The position numbers were made by a program, and so were the translations under genes. Shown piece after piece: positions 1-7,799 of a DNA stretch of 29,083 bases; within the stretch, counting starts at the first letter, position 1; each line of letters starts with the position of its first letter. The notes beneath the pieces were generated by a model. The model worked only from the letters and a program-made list of their open reading frames with translations. It had not been told where the DNA came from and searched no databases. Origin of the DNA: a virus (lineage: Duplodnaviria > Caudoviricetes); the IMG/VR virus record IMGVR_UViG_3300008255_000376, positions 1 through 29,083 of that record; one strand, given 5' to 3'.

Positions 1-2
1 AT

Positions 3-350
3 CAGTTTCTTCACATAAAACTTGCTAAACTTTCAAATGGCTTTCAAAAATGGACTAAAACAATTAAAGTAAAATGTAAAAATTGTGGTATAGAGAAAGA
101 TATATTGAAATCAGCGCGGCAAATAAAAAGGTTTTTCTGTTCTAAAAAATGTAGAGAAGAATATAATTTAAAAATAAGAAAATCCAAATGTGAAACTTGT
201 GGAAAGGATTTTTATTGTCATTATACAATAATTTCTCATCATAAAAAACCACGATTTTGTAGTAAAAAGTGTCAAGGAAAATGGCTTGGAAATAATTATG
301 GATTTAAAAGAAACAAAAAGAATATCAGTTATAGCATATTAAATAATTGA
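3..350 (+). CDS. 5'-truncated HNH-endonuclease-like protein with C-terminal Zn-binding CxxC/FCSxxC repeats
   Basis: The frame of the 105..350 ORF is open back to base 3 (QFLHIK...KCKNCG...FCSKKC...CETCG...FCSKKC). Such repeats commonly accompany phage HNH nucleases; the catalytic part would lie upstream of the window. Confidence 0.5.
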   Translation, partial: QFLHIKLAKLSNGFQKWTKTIKVKCKNCGIEKDILKSARQIKRFFCSKKCREEYNLKIRKSKCETCGKDFYCHYTIISHHKKPRFCSKKCQGKWLGNNYGFKRNKKNISYSILNN

Positions 351-375
351 CAATTAACACAGGGTAAGATATAAT
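347..375 (+). promoter_or_regulatory. Consensus sigma70-type promoter
   Basis: TTGACA (347-352), 17-nt spacer, TATAAT (370-375). Confidence 0.8.
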
Positions 376-378
376 ACT

Positions 379-666
379 CCCAAGACAAACAAAAATCGGG
401 GCTTAAAAATAAAACACCATCAAGAATAAAAACAGGCAATAAAAAACACTTTAAAAGATTAAAACGGCATTGATTAACATTAAAACGAGCTAAACAAAAA
501 TCGGGCTAAAACATAAAAGACAAAAGATAAAAGGATAAAAGTTATAAGAAATAACGAATTATAATAACAAGTTATAAGAACAAGTTATAAGAATAATAAC
601 AAGTTATAATAAATCACATACAAATACCAACCAAGACAAACAGAAAACGGCATAATCGGGTATAAT
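379..666. repeat. A-rich non-coding tract with short direct repeats
   Basis: AAGTTATAA(G/T) at 539, 569, 582 and 601; AAACAAAAATCGGG twice; CCAAGACAAAC twice; AAAACGGCAT twice. No ORF of 60 aa or more. Confidence 0.7.
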
Positions 667-839
667 CTTAATTATACGCACAAGATAGCTTAATTTATTC
701 GGTATATTGTTCGGTAAATGACTATTATGCGAAGAATATAGAAGCAAATGAGAGGGTGCCACCCCTCCGACTGAACTTTTTTTAAGATTATATATCCCCC
801 ACTCAGAATTTTGGGAAAACGGGAAATGAGAACAAATTA

Positions 840-1118
840 ATGAAATTTAAAGCTAAATTAAGACAAATAAGAAATAGTCAAGGTGTGTATATTCCCTTAA
901 AAGTAATTACAGATTACACTTTAGGAGAAGAAATTGAGTTGGAAATAATCGCTTCAAAGGCAAAAGTAATTACACCAAAGAAGGAAGTAATTACAAATCC
1001 AGAAAAAGTAATTACTTCTGTTATAACAAATCCCACTTCAAACAAAAAATGGCAATGGTGTAAAAAACATAGCGTATCAATTTTTACTTGCGGATGTAAA
1101 CAATGCCTAAGGTTTTAA
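840..1118 (+). CDS. AbrB/SpoVT-like DNA-binding protein with VIT repeats, in the position usually taken by the terminase small subunit
   Basis: N-terminal KLRQIRNSQGVYIP...LGEEIELEI resembles the AbrB/MazE swapped-hairpin fold; C-terminal CxxH/CxC; overlaps the terL start. Confidence 0.55.
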   Translation: MKFKAKLRQIRNSQGVYIPLKVITDYTLGEEIELEIIASKAKVITPKKEVITNPEKVITSVITNPTSNKKWQWCKKHSVSIFTCGCKQCLRF

Positions 1119-2548
1119 CAGAAAAAAAGATAAAAGCACAACTAAGAGATATTATAGAAGGTAAAGATAAAGATGCTGTTATTAAAGGAATTAAGCTCTT
1201 TAGAGAAATAAAAGCTGAAGAGACGGCTAAAAAGATGAGTCAGAGGTCAAAAGTGATCAACAGGGTGGTGGATGATGAAAAATTGCAGGAAATGATTGGC
1301 TGGAGTCCAAAACACCCAAAAAGGCACGAACCGCAGATTAAGATATTGGAGTGCAAAGCTGACGAAATCGTGATGGACGCTGGAAGGCAAGGCGGGAAAT
1401 CGGTTTTATGTGCTTACGAGATAATGAGGGAATTATTGAAGGACAATGTGAGCATTTGTCTGATTGCCCCGACTTACGACTTGACTGACAGGGTAAGGCA
1501 TTATTTAAAAGTCTGGATAGCCAAAAACTTTCAAGGGGAGATGAAAGTGATTGACCGACCATTTCCCAAAATAAAAACCAAGTGGGGTTCTTATCTTGAT
1601 TGTAAATCAACCGAACAGCCAGACCAGATTTTGGGAACAGGATACGATTTGATAATTGTGGACGAGTGTGCCCGAATTCTCGAAAACATTTACCATACTT
1701 ATATTGTTCCAGCTTCAGGAACGAAAATAGGACGATACTTTTTCATTTCTACGCCCAGAGGAAGAAACTGGTTTTGGAGAAAATGGCGGGAGGCGAAGGA
1801 GAAGAACGGAGCTTTTAAATGGACTTCGCTGGAAAACCCCTATTTTGAAAAAGAAAAATGGGAATTGGAAAAGAAACGCCTGCCAGAAATGGTTTTTCAA
1901 CAGGAATACGAAGCTTTGTTTTTGGAGGAAGCTTTGGTCTTTCGGGGGCTTGATAGGTGTTTAAAAACAGATTTAAAATTTGAGGACTATAATCCGAAAC
2001 ATTTATATCTGGCAGGGGTTGATATGGGGAAATATGAAACATTTACTGCAATAGCGGTAATGGATTTGATGACTAATCGTCTGGTTTATTATGACCAGTG
2101 GAAAGAACCTGACTGGGAACTGATTAAAAAACGGTTGACCTCTGTTATAGAGAAATTCGGCAATTGTTCGTCATTGATAGATGCTACATCGATTACTGTC
2201 GGAGATGCTTATGTCGACCAACTTGTTAACGAAGGATTTGATGCCAGAGGATACAAACTTTCTGGGATTTCCAAAAGACAATTACTTGAAAATCTAATTG
2301 TCAAAATTCAAAATCAGGCTATTTCAATCCCAATTTTGCCAGAAACAGAATCATTGATAGAACAATTAAGGTCGTTTGGCTTTTCTATTTCGCCAACAGG
2401 ACACATCATTTATCAAGCACCTACGGGAATGCCAGATGACGGAGTTATTGCTCTGGCTTTGGCTTGCTGGGAGCTCGAAGATAATTCTTTGCCAGAATTA
2501 AAAGAAAAACAAACAGAAGTTTTAAAATTTCCTTTACAAACATTTTAA
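1103..2548 (+). CDS. terL: Terminase large subunit
   Basis: Walker A AGRQGGKS, Walker B LIIVDE, coupling motif ISTPRG, RNase H-like nuclease motifs GVDMG and PDDGVIALALA. Confidence 0.95.
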   Translation: MPKVLTEKKIKAQLRDIIEGKDKDAVIKGIKLFREIKAEETAKKMSQRSKVINRVVDDEKLQEMIGWSPKHPKRHEPQIKILECKADEIVMDAGRQGGKSVLCAYEIMRELLKDNVSICLIAPTYDLTDRVRHYLKVWIAKNFQGEMKVIDRPFPKIKTKWGSYLDCKSTEQPDQILGTGYDLIIVDECARILENIYHTYIVPASGTKIGRYFFISTPRGRNWFWRKWREAKEKNGAFKWTSLENPYFEKEKWELEKKRLPEMVFQQEYEALFLEEALVFRGLDRCLKTDLKFEDYNPKHLYLAGVDMGKYETFTAIAVMDLMTNRLVYYDQWKEPDWELIKKRLTSVIEKFGNCSSLIDATSITVGDAYVDQLVNEGFDARGYKLSGISKRQLLENLIVKIQNQAISIPILPETESLIEQLRSFGFSISPTGHIIYQAPTGMPDDGVIALALACWELEDNSLPELKEKQTEVLKFPLQTF

Positions 2549-4407
2549 TGTTAACCTACTATCCAACGGAAAAAGAAAAAGAAATCATTAGCATTATGCG
2601 TTCCGAAAAATCTGAATGGGAAACAGGGCAGGTTTGGGTTTCAGACAGGGTAAAATATCAAATGCTTGGCAGAGATGGAATTATTCAAAAAGCCAGAAAA
2701 AATTATCTTGGAAAATTTGATGTGGAGTTTGACGAAGTGACTGGAAAAAAGAAATACTTTCCTCCCCTAACAGAGGATATGGTAGAAACGATTGTCAAGA
2801 ATATTGATTTGGATTCTGTTGATATTCAAATCCGAGCCACTAATCCGAATGGATTTTCCTCAGCCCTGATTTTGAGATATTTAATCGGTTATTTTATGAG
2901 GAAAAATTATTTTGGCGAAGTTTTGAATGAGTTATTAAGGCAATTCTGTATTGACGGGACAATTGTTTTGAAAACTATTAAAAATTATGATTCTTTTCTA
3001 AAAAAACAAGTTATTAAAACGCCAATTCCAGATATAACTAATTTCTTAATTGACCCCTCGGAAAACAATATTCAAGAAGCAGGAGCAGTTATAGAAAGAA
3101 ATGTTTTAAAACTATCGGAAGCTAAAAAATATCCTTGGGATAATTTGGAATATTTAACAGGTTCAACCAGTATTGAAAGATTATATGGGCTTCAAAGAGT
3201 GACTTCGACTGAAGTTCCTTACATAGAAATTTTTGAAAGACACGGAGATTTGCCGATTGGCAAAAATGGAGAATGGATACCAGCAATAGCTATTGTTTCT
3301 AATTTAGATACTAATCCTGTTCCCCATAAAATAACTCCTAATTCTTCGGGGATTAAGCCCTATGAGGAATGCCGATTTAGAAAGATATTCGGCAGATGGC
3401 ACGGTAGAGGCGTTGGGGAGGTTTTATTAAGCACCCAAAGTTATCTTGCTGAAACTGTTAATTTGAGAATGAATCAAGCCAGAATCGCCCAATTGGGGCT
3501 ATGGAAAGTCAGGAAAGGTTCTGGCATTTCCCAGCAATTGCTGAGTTCTCTGGTTTCAGGAGGAGCAATTCCTGTTACCAGAATGGACGATATTAATGAA
3601 TTAAGAACTTCAGATATTAAGCCCTCATCTTATAAAGACGCCCAAGACGCTTATACTTGGGCACAAAGAACAACTGGGGCTTGGGAGGTTTCAAGAGGAG
3701 AAATGTTGCCAGCTTCCTTACCTGCTACTACTGCTGTTTTACAGGAAAGAGCAACAAGGAGCGGATATAATTTGCTTCAGGAAAATTTGGGTATTTTTTT
3801 ATCAAAAGTTTTTGAAAGACATATTATTCCTTTGATTTTGGAAACGATTAAAGATAAAGAAGTAATTTCTATTATCGGTTCGCCTGAAGAATTGAAAGAG
3901 ATAGACGAGAACTTTATAAACCAAGAAATGAATAGGCATATTTTGAATTCAATGACAAAAACAGATGAAAAAGGAAATTTTATTGGAGAAATTCCTAAAC
4001 CTGCATTTATTGAACATTTGCGGGGAATGTATAGAGATAATTTGAAACAATTTCAAAAAACAAGATATTTTTCAATTAATAAAAGAATGTTGACTAATTG
4101 GCAGTATGAAGTGGAAGTGTTTGTAACAGGAGAAGCGTTTAATAAAGCGGTTATGGTTAAGCAATTGACTGATTTGGTTATGGTTTATTCAAGGATACCA
4201 GGAATTAATATTGATACTACAGCAGTAATAAAAGAAATCTTTGACCTGATGGGACTTGGAGGTAGTCGTTTTTTACGCTCAAAAGAAGAAGAAACGATGA
4301 GACCGCCAAGATTAGAAGTTCCAAGACCAGCAATGCCTCGTCCAGAAACTGAAATGGTTGGTGAAGCTGCGACTTTGGAAAGAATGGGACGAGGAGGAAT
4401 TAGATAA
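2548..4407 (+). CDS. Portal protein (P22-like size and position)
   Basis: 619 aa directly after terL with a TAATG stop/start overlap; WHGRGVGEVL and ATTAVLQE segments are typical of podoviral portals. Confidence 0.85.
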   Translation: MLTYYPTEKEKEIISIMRSEKSEWETGQVWVSDRVKYQMLGRDGIIQKARKNYLGKFDVEFDEVTGKKKYFPPLTEDMVETIVKNIDLDSVDIQIRATNPNGFSSALILRYLIGYFMRKNYFGEVLNELLRQFCIDGTIVLKTIKNYDSFLKKQVIKTPIPDITNFLIDPSENNIQEAGAVIERNVLKLSEAKKYPWDNLEYLTGSTSIERLYGLQRVTSTEVPYIEIFERHGDLPIGKNGEWIPAIAIVSNLDTNPVPHKITPNSSGIKPYEECRFRKIFGRWHGRGVGEVLLSTQSYLAETVNLRMNQARIAQLGLWKVRKGSGISQQLLSSLVSGGAIPVTRMDDINELRTSDIKPSSYKDAQDAYTWAQRTTGAWEVSRGEMLPASLPATTAVLQERATRSGYNLLQENLGIFLSKVFERHIIPLILETIKDKEVISIIGSPEELKEIDENFINQEMNRHILNSMTKTDEKGNFIGEIPKPAFIEHLRGMYRDNLKQFQKTRYFSINKRMLTNWQYEVEVFVTGEAFNKAVMVKQLTDLVMVYSRIPGINIDTTAVIKEIFDLMGLGGSRFLRSKEEETMRPPRLEVPRPAMPRPETEMVGEAATLERMGRGGIR

Positions 4408-4487
4408 AGGTCGAATAAAAATATTGATAATCCTATATTTTCTCCCTCCTGGAAGATACAGTAAGCGAGGAAAATAGGATAAATAAA

Positions 4488-4703
4488 ATGGCAAAACTTT
4501 GGATTAAAGGAAGTATAAAACATCCAGGAGCTCTGCGGGCTCAATTAGGAGTAAAAGGTAAAATCCCAAGAGAAAGATTGACTGGTATTGTTTCCAGATT
4601 AAGAGCAAAAGCCAAGAAAGGTAAATTAGCGGCTAATGAATTAACATTGCTTCGCCGTTCTTTATTAGCTTTAAGATTAAGAGGATTTGCGAAAAGAACT
4701 TAA
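4488..4703 (+). CDS. Small basic virion-module protein
   Basis: K/R-rich 71 aa with WIKGSIKHPGALRAQLGV, a motif I recall from small phage morphogenesis-region proteins. Confidence 0.7.
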   Translation: MAKLWIKGSIKHPGALRAQLGVKGKIPRERLTGIVSRLRAKAKKGKLAANELTLLRRSLLALRLRGFAKRT

Positions 4704-4704
4704 G

Positions 4705-4869
4705 ATGCCTTATCCTGGAATCAACAAAGAAAATTGGTCTCGGCTTGATAGATGCGTTACGAAAGTAATAGCGGGTTCAGATTTTAGAAAAAGATATGCT
4801 TCAAGAATTAAAAAAGTAGGAACGAAATCTCTGGCTATTGCGATTTGTAGAAAGGCGTTAAAAGTATGA
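4705..4869 (+). CDS. Small basic protein (RLDRCV...AIAIC type)
   Basis: ATG at 4705 follows the previous stop; ends in an ATGA overlap with the next gene. Confidence 0.65.
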   Translation: MPYPGINKENWSRLDRCVTKVIAGSDFRKRYASRIKKVGTKSLAIAICRKALKV

Positions 4870-5150
4870 AAAAGCCCTTGAAAGCAAACATCAAAGAATG
4901 GGTTAAAGATTCTACTACCCAATGGTTCTTGGATAGATTGGCTTTTTACTTAAACGAAATTGATACAGTTCGTAATATCACTTTGGAAAATATAGATGAA
5001 ACCCTCGCCAGAAAAATGGCGATAGAAATAATTGAAAATGCTTTATCTGATATTTGGCAGGAAGGGGAATTAGAAAAATATCAGAAAAAATTAGCTGACG
5101 AAGAAGATTCAATTATTAAAAGATTAAAAGAAATTAAACAAGATTTTTAA
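4866..5150 (+). CDS. Hypothetical helical protein between portal and scaffold
   Basis: 94-aa ORF with an ATGA overlap, in the morphogenesis operon. Confidence 0.7.
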   Translation: MKKPLKANIKEWVKDSTTQWFLDRLAFYLNEIDTVRNITLENIDETLARKMAIEIIENALSDIWQEGELEKYQKKLADEEDSIIKRLKEIKQDF

Positions 5151-5199
5151 AGGTCGGGTTTATCCACCTTACGGATAAAAAAACTCTTTAACAACTTAT

Positions 5200-5874
5200 A
5201 TGGAAAAAGAAAACAAACTTTCTTCTTCCAACTCTGGAGATTTGGAGCTTGAATCTTCGGAAGGCGAAGAAAATGTTTCTGAAGCTGAAGACTTAGAAAC
5301 TTCAGAGAAGGAAGAAGAATATTACAAAAAGTTAACTGGGAGAGAAGACATTAAAGGCAAAGAGGATTTTGAGAAACACTACAAAGAATTAAGTAGTTTT
5401 GTGGGACAGAATCCAAAAGAATTGAAAGAGAAAGCAGAAGCCTTTGACCAAATGATAGAAGATGCCAATAAAATTGTGGATGAAGCGGAAGAGACAGGAG
5501 AGATACCTCCTCTGGAGAAAGAAATGCCAGAATTGGCAGAAGTTTCTTCTCTAAGAGATGAGTTCGACGATATGAAATTTCTCAAGAAAAACCCCCAAGC
5601 CGAAACTTTTATAGATGTAATAAAAGCAGTGGCTAAAGAAAAGGGGATTTCAAGAGAAGAAGCATATCAGGATAATCTTAAAGATTTGATAACTACTAAG
5701 TTGGAGGCGGATAAAACCAAAGAAGAAGAAAAGAGTAGCGTAGTTGAAAGTAAAACACGGGTAGCTCCAGGGATGACAGCAGGAGTTAACAAGTTAATTG
5801 AGGAAGTTCAAAAAACAGACTCAATAGACGCTAAACAAAAGCTGGTTGAAAAAATCCTTGAGCTATCTAAATAA
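5200..5874 (+). CDS. Capsid scaffolding protein
   Basis: Very acidic N-terminus, helical, located immediately upstream of the major capsid gene. Confidence 0.75.
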   Translation: MEKENKLSSSNSGDLELESSEGEENVSEAEDLETSEKEEEYYKKLTGREDIKGKEDFEKHYKELSSFVGQNPKELKEKAEAFDQMIEDANKIVDEAEETGEIPPLEKEMPELAEVSSLRDEFDDMKFLKKNPQAETFIDVIKAVAKEKGISREEAYQDNLKDLITTKLEADKTKEEEKSSVVESKTRVAPGMTAGVNKLIEEVQKTDSIDAKQKLVEKILELSK

Positions 5875-5878
5875 ATAA

Positions 5879-5962
5879 GTGCCAACAGGTGAATTAACTA
5901 CTTATACTGGAAAGGATGTTATTAAGAAAGATGTCCTTTCTCTTGTAGAAATCTTGACCGCT
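5879..5962 (+). CDS. Major capsid protein, exon 1 (28 codons, MPTGELTTYTGKDVIKKDVLSLVEILTA)
   Basis: GTG start 4 nt after the scaffold stop; ends in the U of GCT, which forms the P1 U-G splice-site pair; joins exon 2 in frame. Confidence 0.85.
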
Positions 5963-6564
5963 ATTGACAAAAATGTTTTCCTTGGCGGTCTAAAATCGCT
6001 TCTGATAAAGGGAACCACGGGAACCCTTACCAAGCAGCAAGTATGAACAAAAATAGGATGAAGATGTTGGCTTATGTGGCAGGTATAATAGACGGAGAAG
6101 GGCACATCGGGATAGCGAAACAAAATCATCCTAATTGTCAAACGAGAAAAAGATTAGTTGATTATAGTTTGAGAATAGCCGTAAAAATGTGCGATGGTGA
6201 TATAATAGATTATCTTTATGGAAACTTCGGAGGGCATACGGGAAGAAGGTTAGCGGAAGAACGAAAGTCAGAACAGTATTATTGGGTAATAAATTGCAAG
6301 AAAGCAGCCGAATTATTAAAACAATTATTACCCTTCTTGATAGGAAAAAAGCAACAAGCAGAATTGGCAATGAGATTTCAATTTAGAGCAGAAAGAAAAC
6401 AAGGTAAAAAAAGAAATATAGAATTTGATGAATGGGCATACCAAGAGATGAAAAGCCTACATAAAACACATAAGCCATCAAAAACATACACTCATACTTG
6501 CGGGCAGGTGCAGAGACTAAGCGAAGCGACCCCGAAAGGGGATGCGATAGTCCAAACATAAAAG
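5963..6564 (+). mobile_element. Group I self-splicing intron (602 nt) with homing endonuclease
   Basis: P1 GACCGCT 5956-62 / GGCGGTC 5984-90; P10 TTTTCCTT 5976-83 / AAGGAAAA 6565-72; P3 TCGCTTC 5996-6002 / GAAGCGA 6523-29; P4 AAGGG 6008-12 / CCCTT 6024-28; P6a GCAAGTATGA 6037-46 / TCATACTTGC 6492-6501; P7 GACTA 6515-19 / TAGTC 6548-52; P8 CCCC-GAAA-GGGG 6530-41; terminal G at 6564. Confidence 0.93.
6043..6561 (+). CDS. Intron-encoded single-motif LAGLIDADG homing endonuclease
   Basis: LAYVAGIIDGEGHI motif followed by typical FGG, YYW and LLPFLIGKKQQAEL segments; lies within the intron. Confidence 0.92.
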   Translation: MNKNRMKMLAYVAGIIDGEGHIGIAKQNHPNCQTRKRLVDYSLRIAVKMCDGDIIDYLYGNFGGHTGRRLAEERKSEQYYWVINCKKAAELLKQLLPFLIGKKQQAELAMRFQFRAERKQGKKRNIEFDEWAYQEMKSLHKTHKPSKTYTHTCGQVQRLSEATPKGDAIVQT

Positions 6565-7398
6565 AAGGAAAATTGGTTTCTGAATAATCTTGGGAAAAGT
6601 GCTGCTATTTCTACTGTTCATCAGACAATGACAGACACGCTACGCACTGCGGCAAGTGCCGCTGTAACAGAAGAAGCTGATTATACTAATCTTGAAAGAA
6701 GTGCTCCTTCATTAGTTCCTAATATTATTGAAATTATTGCTATTCCTTTTAGAGTAACCAGAACAGCATCGCAGGTTCAGTATTATCACGGACAAAATGA
6801 GTTAGCGAGACAGACAACGAAAGGTCTTATGGATTGGGGTAATGCTGTTGAATTTGATTTAGTTAGGTCAACACTTACTTCTGGAGCATCAGGAACAGCT
6901 CCAAAGATGGATGGAATAATTAGGGGTATTTCAAAATCCACTAATTATACCCTTGAGACATCTGGGACTGCGTTTTCTGCTTCAATCTTGAAAGGTTTGA
7001 TGAAAGCTAACTGGGATAACAGCAATGGAGATGTGGCGACTGATGTGTTTGTCGGGTCATTTCTGTCTGATGCGATGGATGATTTTACAAACAAATCCAA
7101 TGTGGTTGTCACTGGACTGAATGTCAGAGAATTGGTTACAGCAGTTGATGTCTTCGAGACAGGGCTTGGAAAAGTTAGAAAACACTCTCACCGATATGTC
7201 CAACAGTCAGGCGATGCTAATGCCAGAATTCTTGGTGTTAGACCAGAAAAGTTGAGACTTGCTTATTTGCAAAGACCGTTTATCGACACTGATTTAGCGA
7301 GGTCTGGTGATTATGATGCGAGAGCAGTAATCGGAAAATTGACATTGGAAATCATTAACAAAGATAGCAACTGGTTTGCAGACGGATATTTGAAGTAA
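6565..7398 (+). CDS. Major capsid protein, exon 2 (spliced product ~305 aa; resembles SU10/DUF5309-like HK97-fold capsids)
   Basis: The frame of the 6628 ORF is open back to 6562 (KENWFLNNLGKSAAISTVHQTMTD...); position after the scaffold; APKMDGI and IGKLTLEIINKDS segments fit this capsid type. Confidence 0.85.
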   Translation, partial: KENWFLNNLGKSAAISTVHQTMTDTLRTAASAAVTEEADYTNLERSAPSLVPNIIEIIAIPFRVTRTASQVQYYHGQNELARQTTKGLMDWGNAVEFDLVRSTLTSGASGTAPKMDGIIRGISKSTNYTLETSGTAFSASILKGLMKANWDNSNGDVATDVFVGSFLSDAMDDFTNKSNVVVTGLNVRELVTAVDVFETGLGKVRKHSHRYVQQSGDANARILGVRPEKLRLAYLQRPFIDTDLARSGDYDARAVIGKLTLEIINKDSNWFADGYLK

Positions 7399-7425
7399 TC
7401 TGAAACAAAATAATTGAATTCCTTG

Positions 7426-7487
7426 TGTTCACTTGGTCGGGCATTACAGGCTCTCTGAAAATGCCTGACCGAGAGAGCCAGTGAGCA
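7426..7487 (+). promoter_or_regulatory. Structured intergenic RNA element after the capsid gene
   Basis: TTGGTCGGGCATT/AATGCCTGACCGA stem, competing GGCTCTCT/AGAGAGCC pairing, outer TGTTCACT/AGTGAGCA stem. Confidence 0.6.
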
Positions 7488-7489
7488 AA

Positions 7490-7795
7490 ATGGATTTAAC
7501 AAAATTACAAAGAAAACAATTGATAGAAGAAATTGTTAGAGAGTTCATTAAAAAATTTCCAGTTGATTATATGGCTATTTGCCAATCAGTAAAAATTCAG
7601 AGAAAACTGAAAAAAGATAAATGGGGTTTAACAGATAAGGATAGTGAATATATGAGATGGACTTTAAGAATTCCTGCCAGATTATTTAGGATTTTGGATA
7701 AGAAATTAATTCAGCCGAGATTTCTTGAAGAGCAATGGGAAATTGACTGGTTTAAAAAAACATTTAAAGAATTTAGGGTTTCAGAAAGAGTTTAA
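7490..7795 (+). CDS. Hypothetical protein
   Basis: ATG at 7490 (in-frame GTG at 7481); about 101 aa; basic. Confidence 0.7.
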   Translation: MDLTKLQRKQLIEEIVREFIKKFPVDYMAICQSVKIQRKLKKDKWGLTDKDSEYMRWTLRIPARLFRILDKKLIQPRFLEEQWEIDWFKKTFKEFRVSERV

Positions 7796-7799
7796 CAAT

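Noticed and set aside
539-610. Tandem AAGTTATAAG repeats as a CRISPR array
   Set aside because: Repeats are about 10 nt with irregular 3-20 nt gaps; no spacer-sized unique sequences and no cas genes.
6628-7398. Capsid gene starting at ATG 6628 as a standalone 256-aa protein
   Set aside because: The frame is open upstream to the intron 3' splice site and joins exon 1; 6628 is an internal Met.
7426-7487. HDV-like self-cleaving ribozyme or intrinsic terminator
   Set aside because: No P3/P1.1/P4 elements and no U-tract; retained only as a two-state structure.
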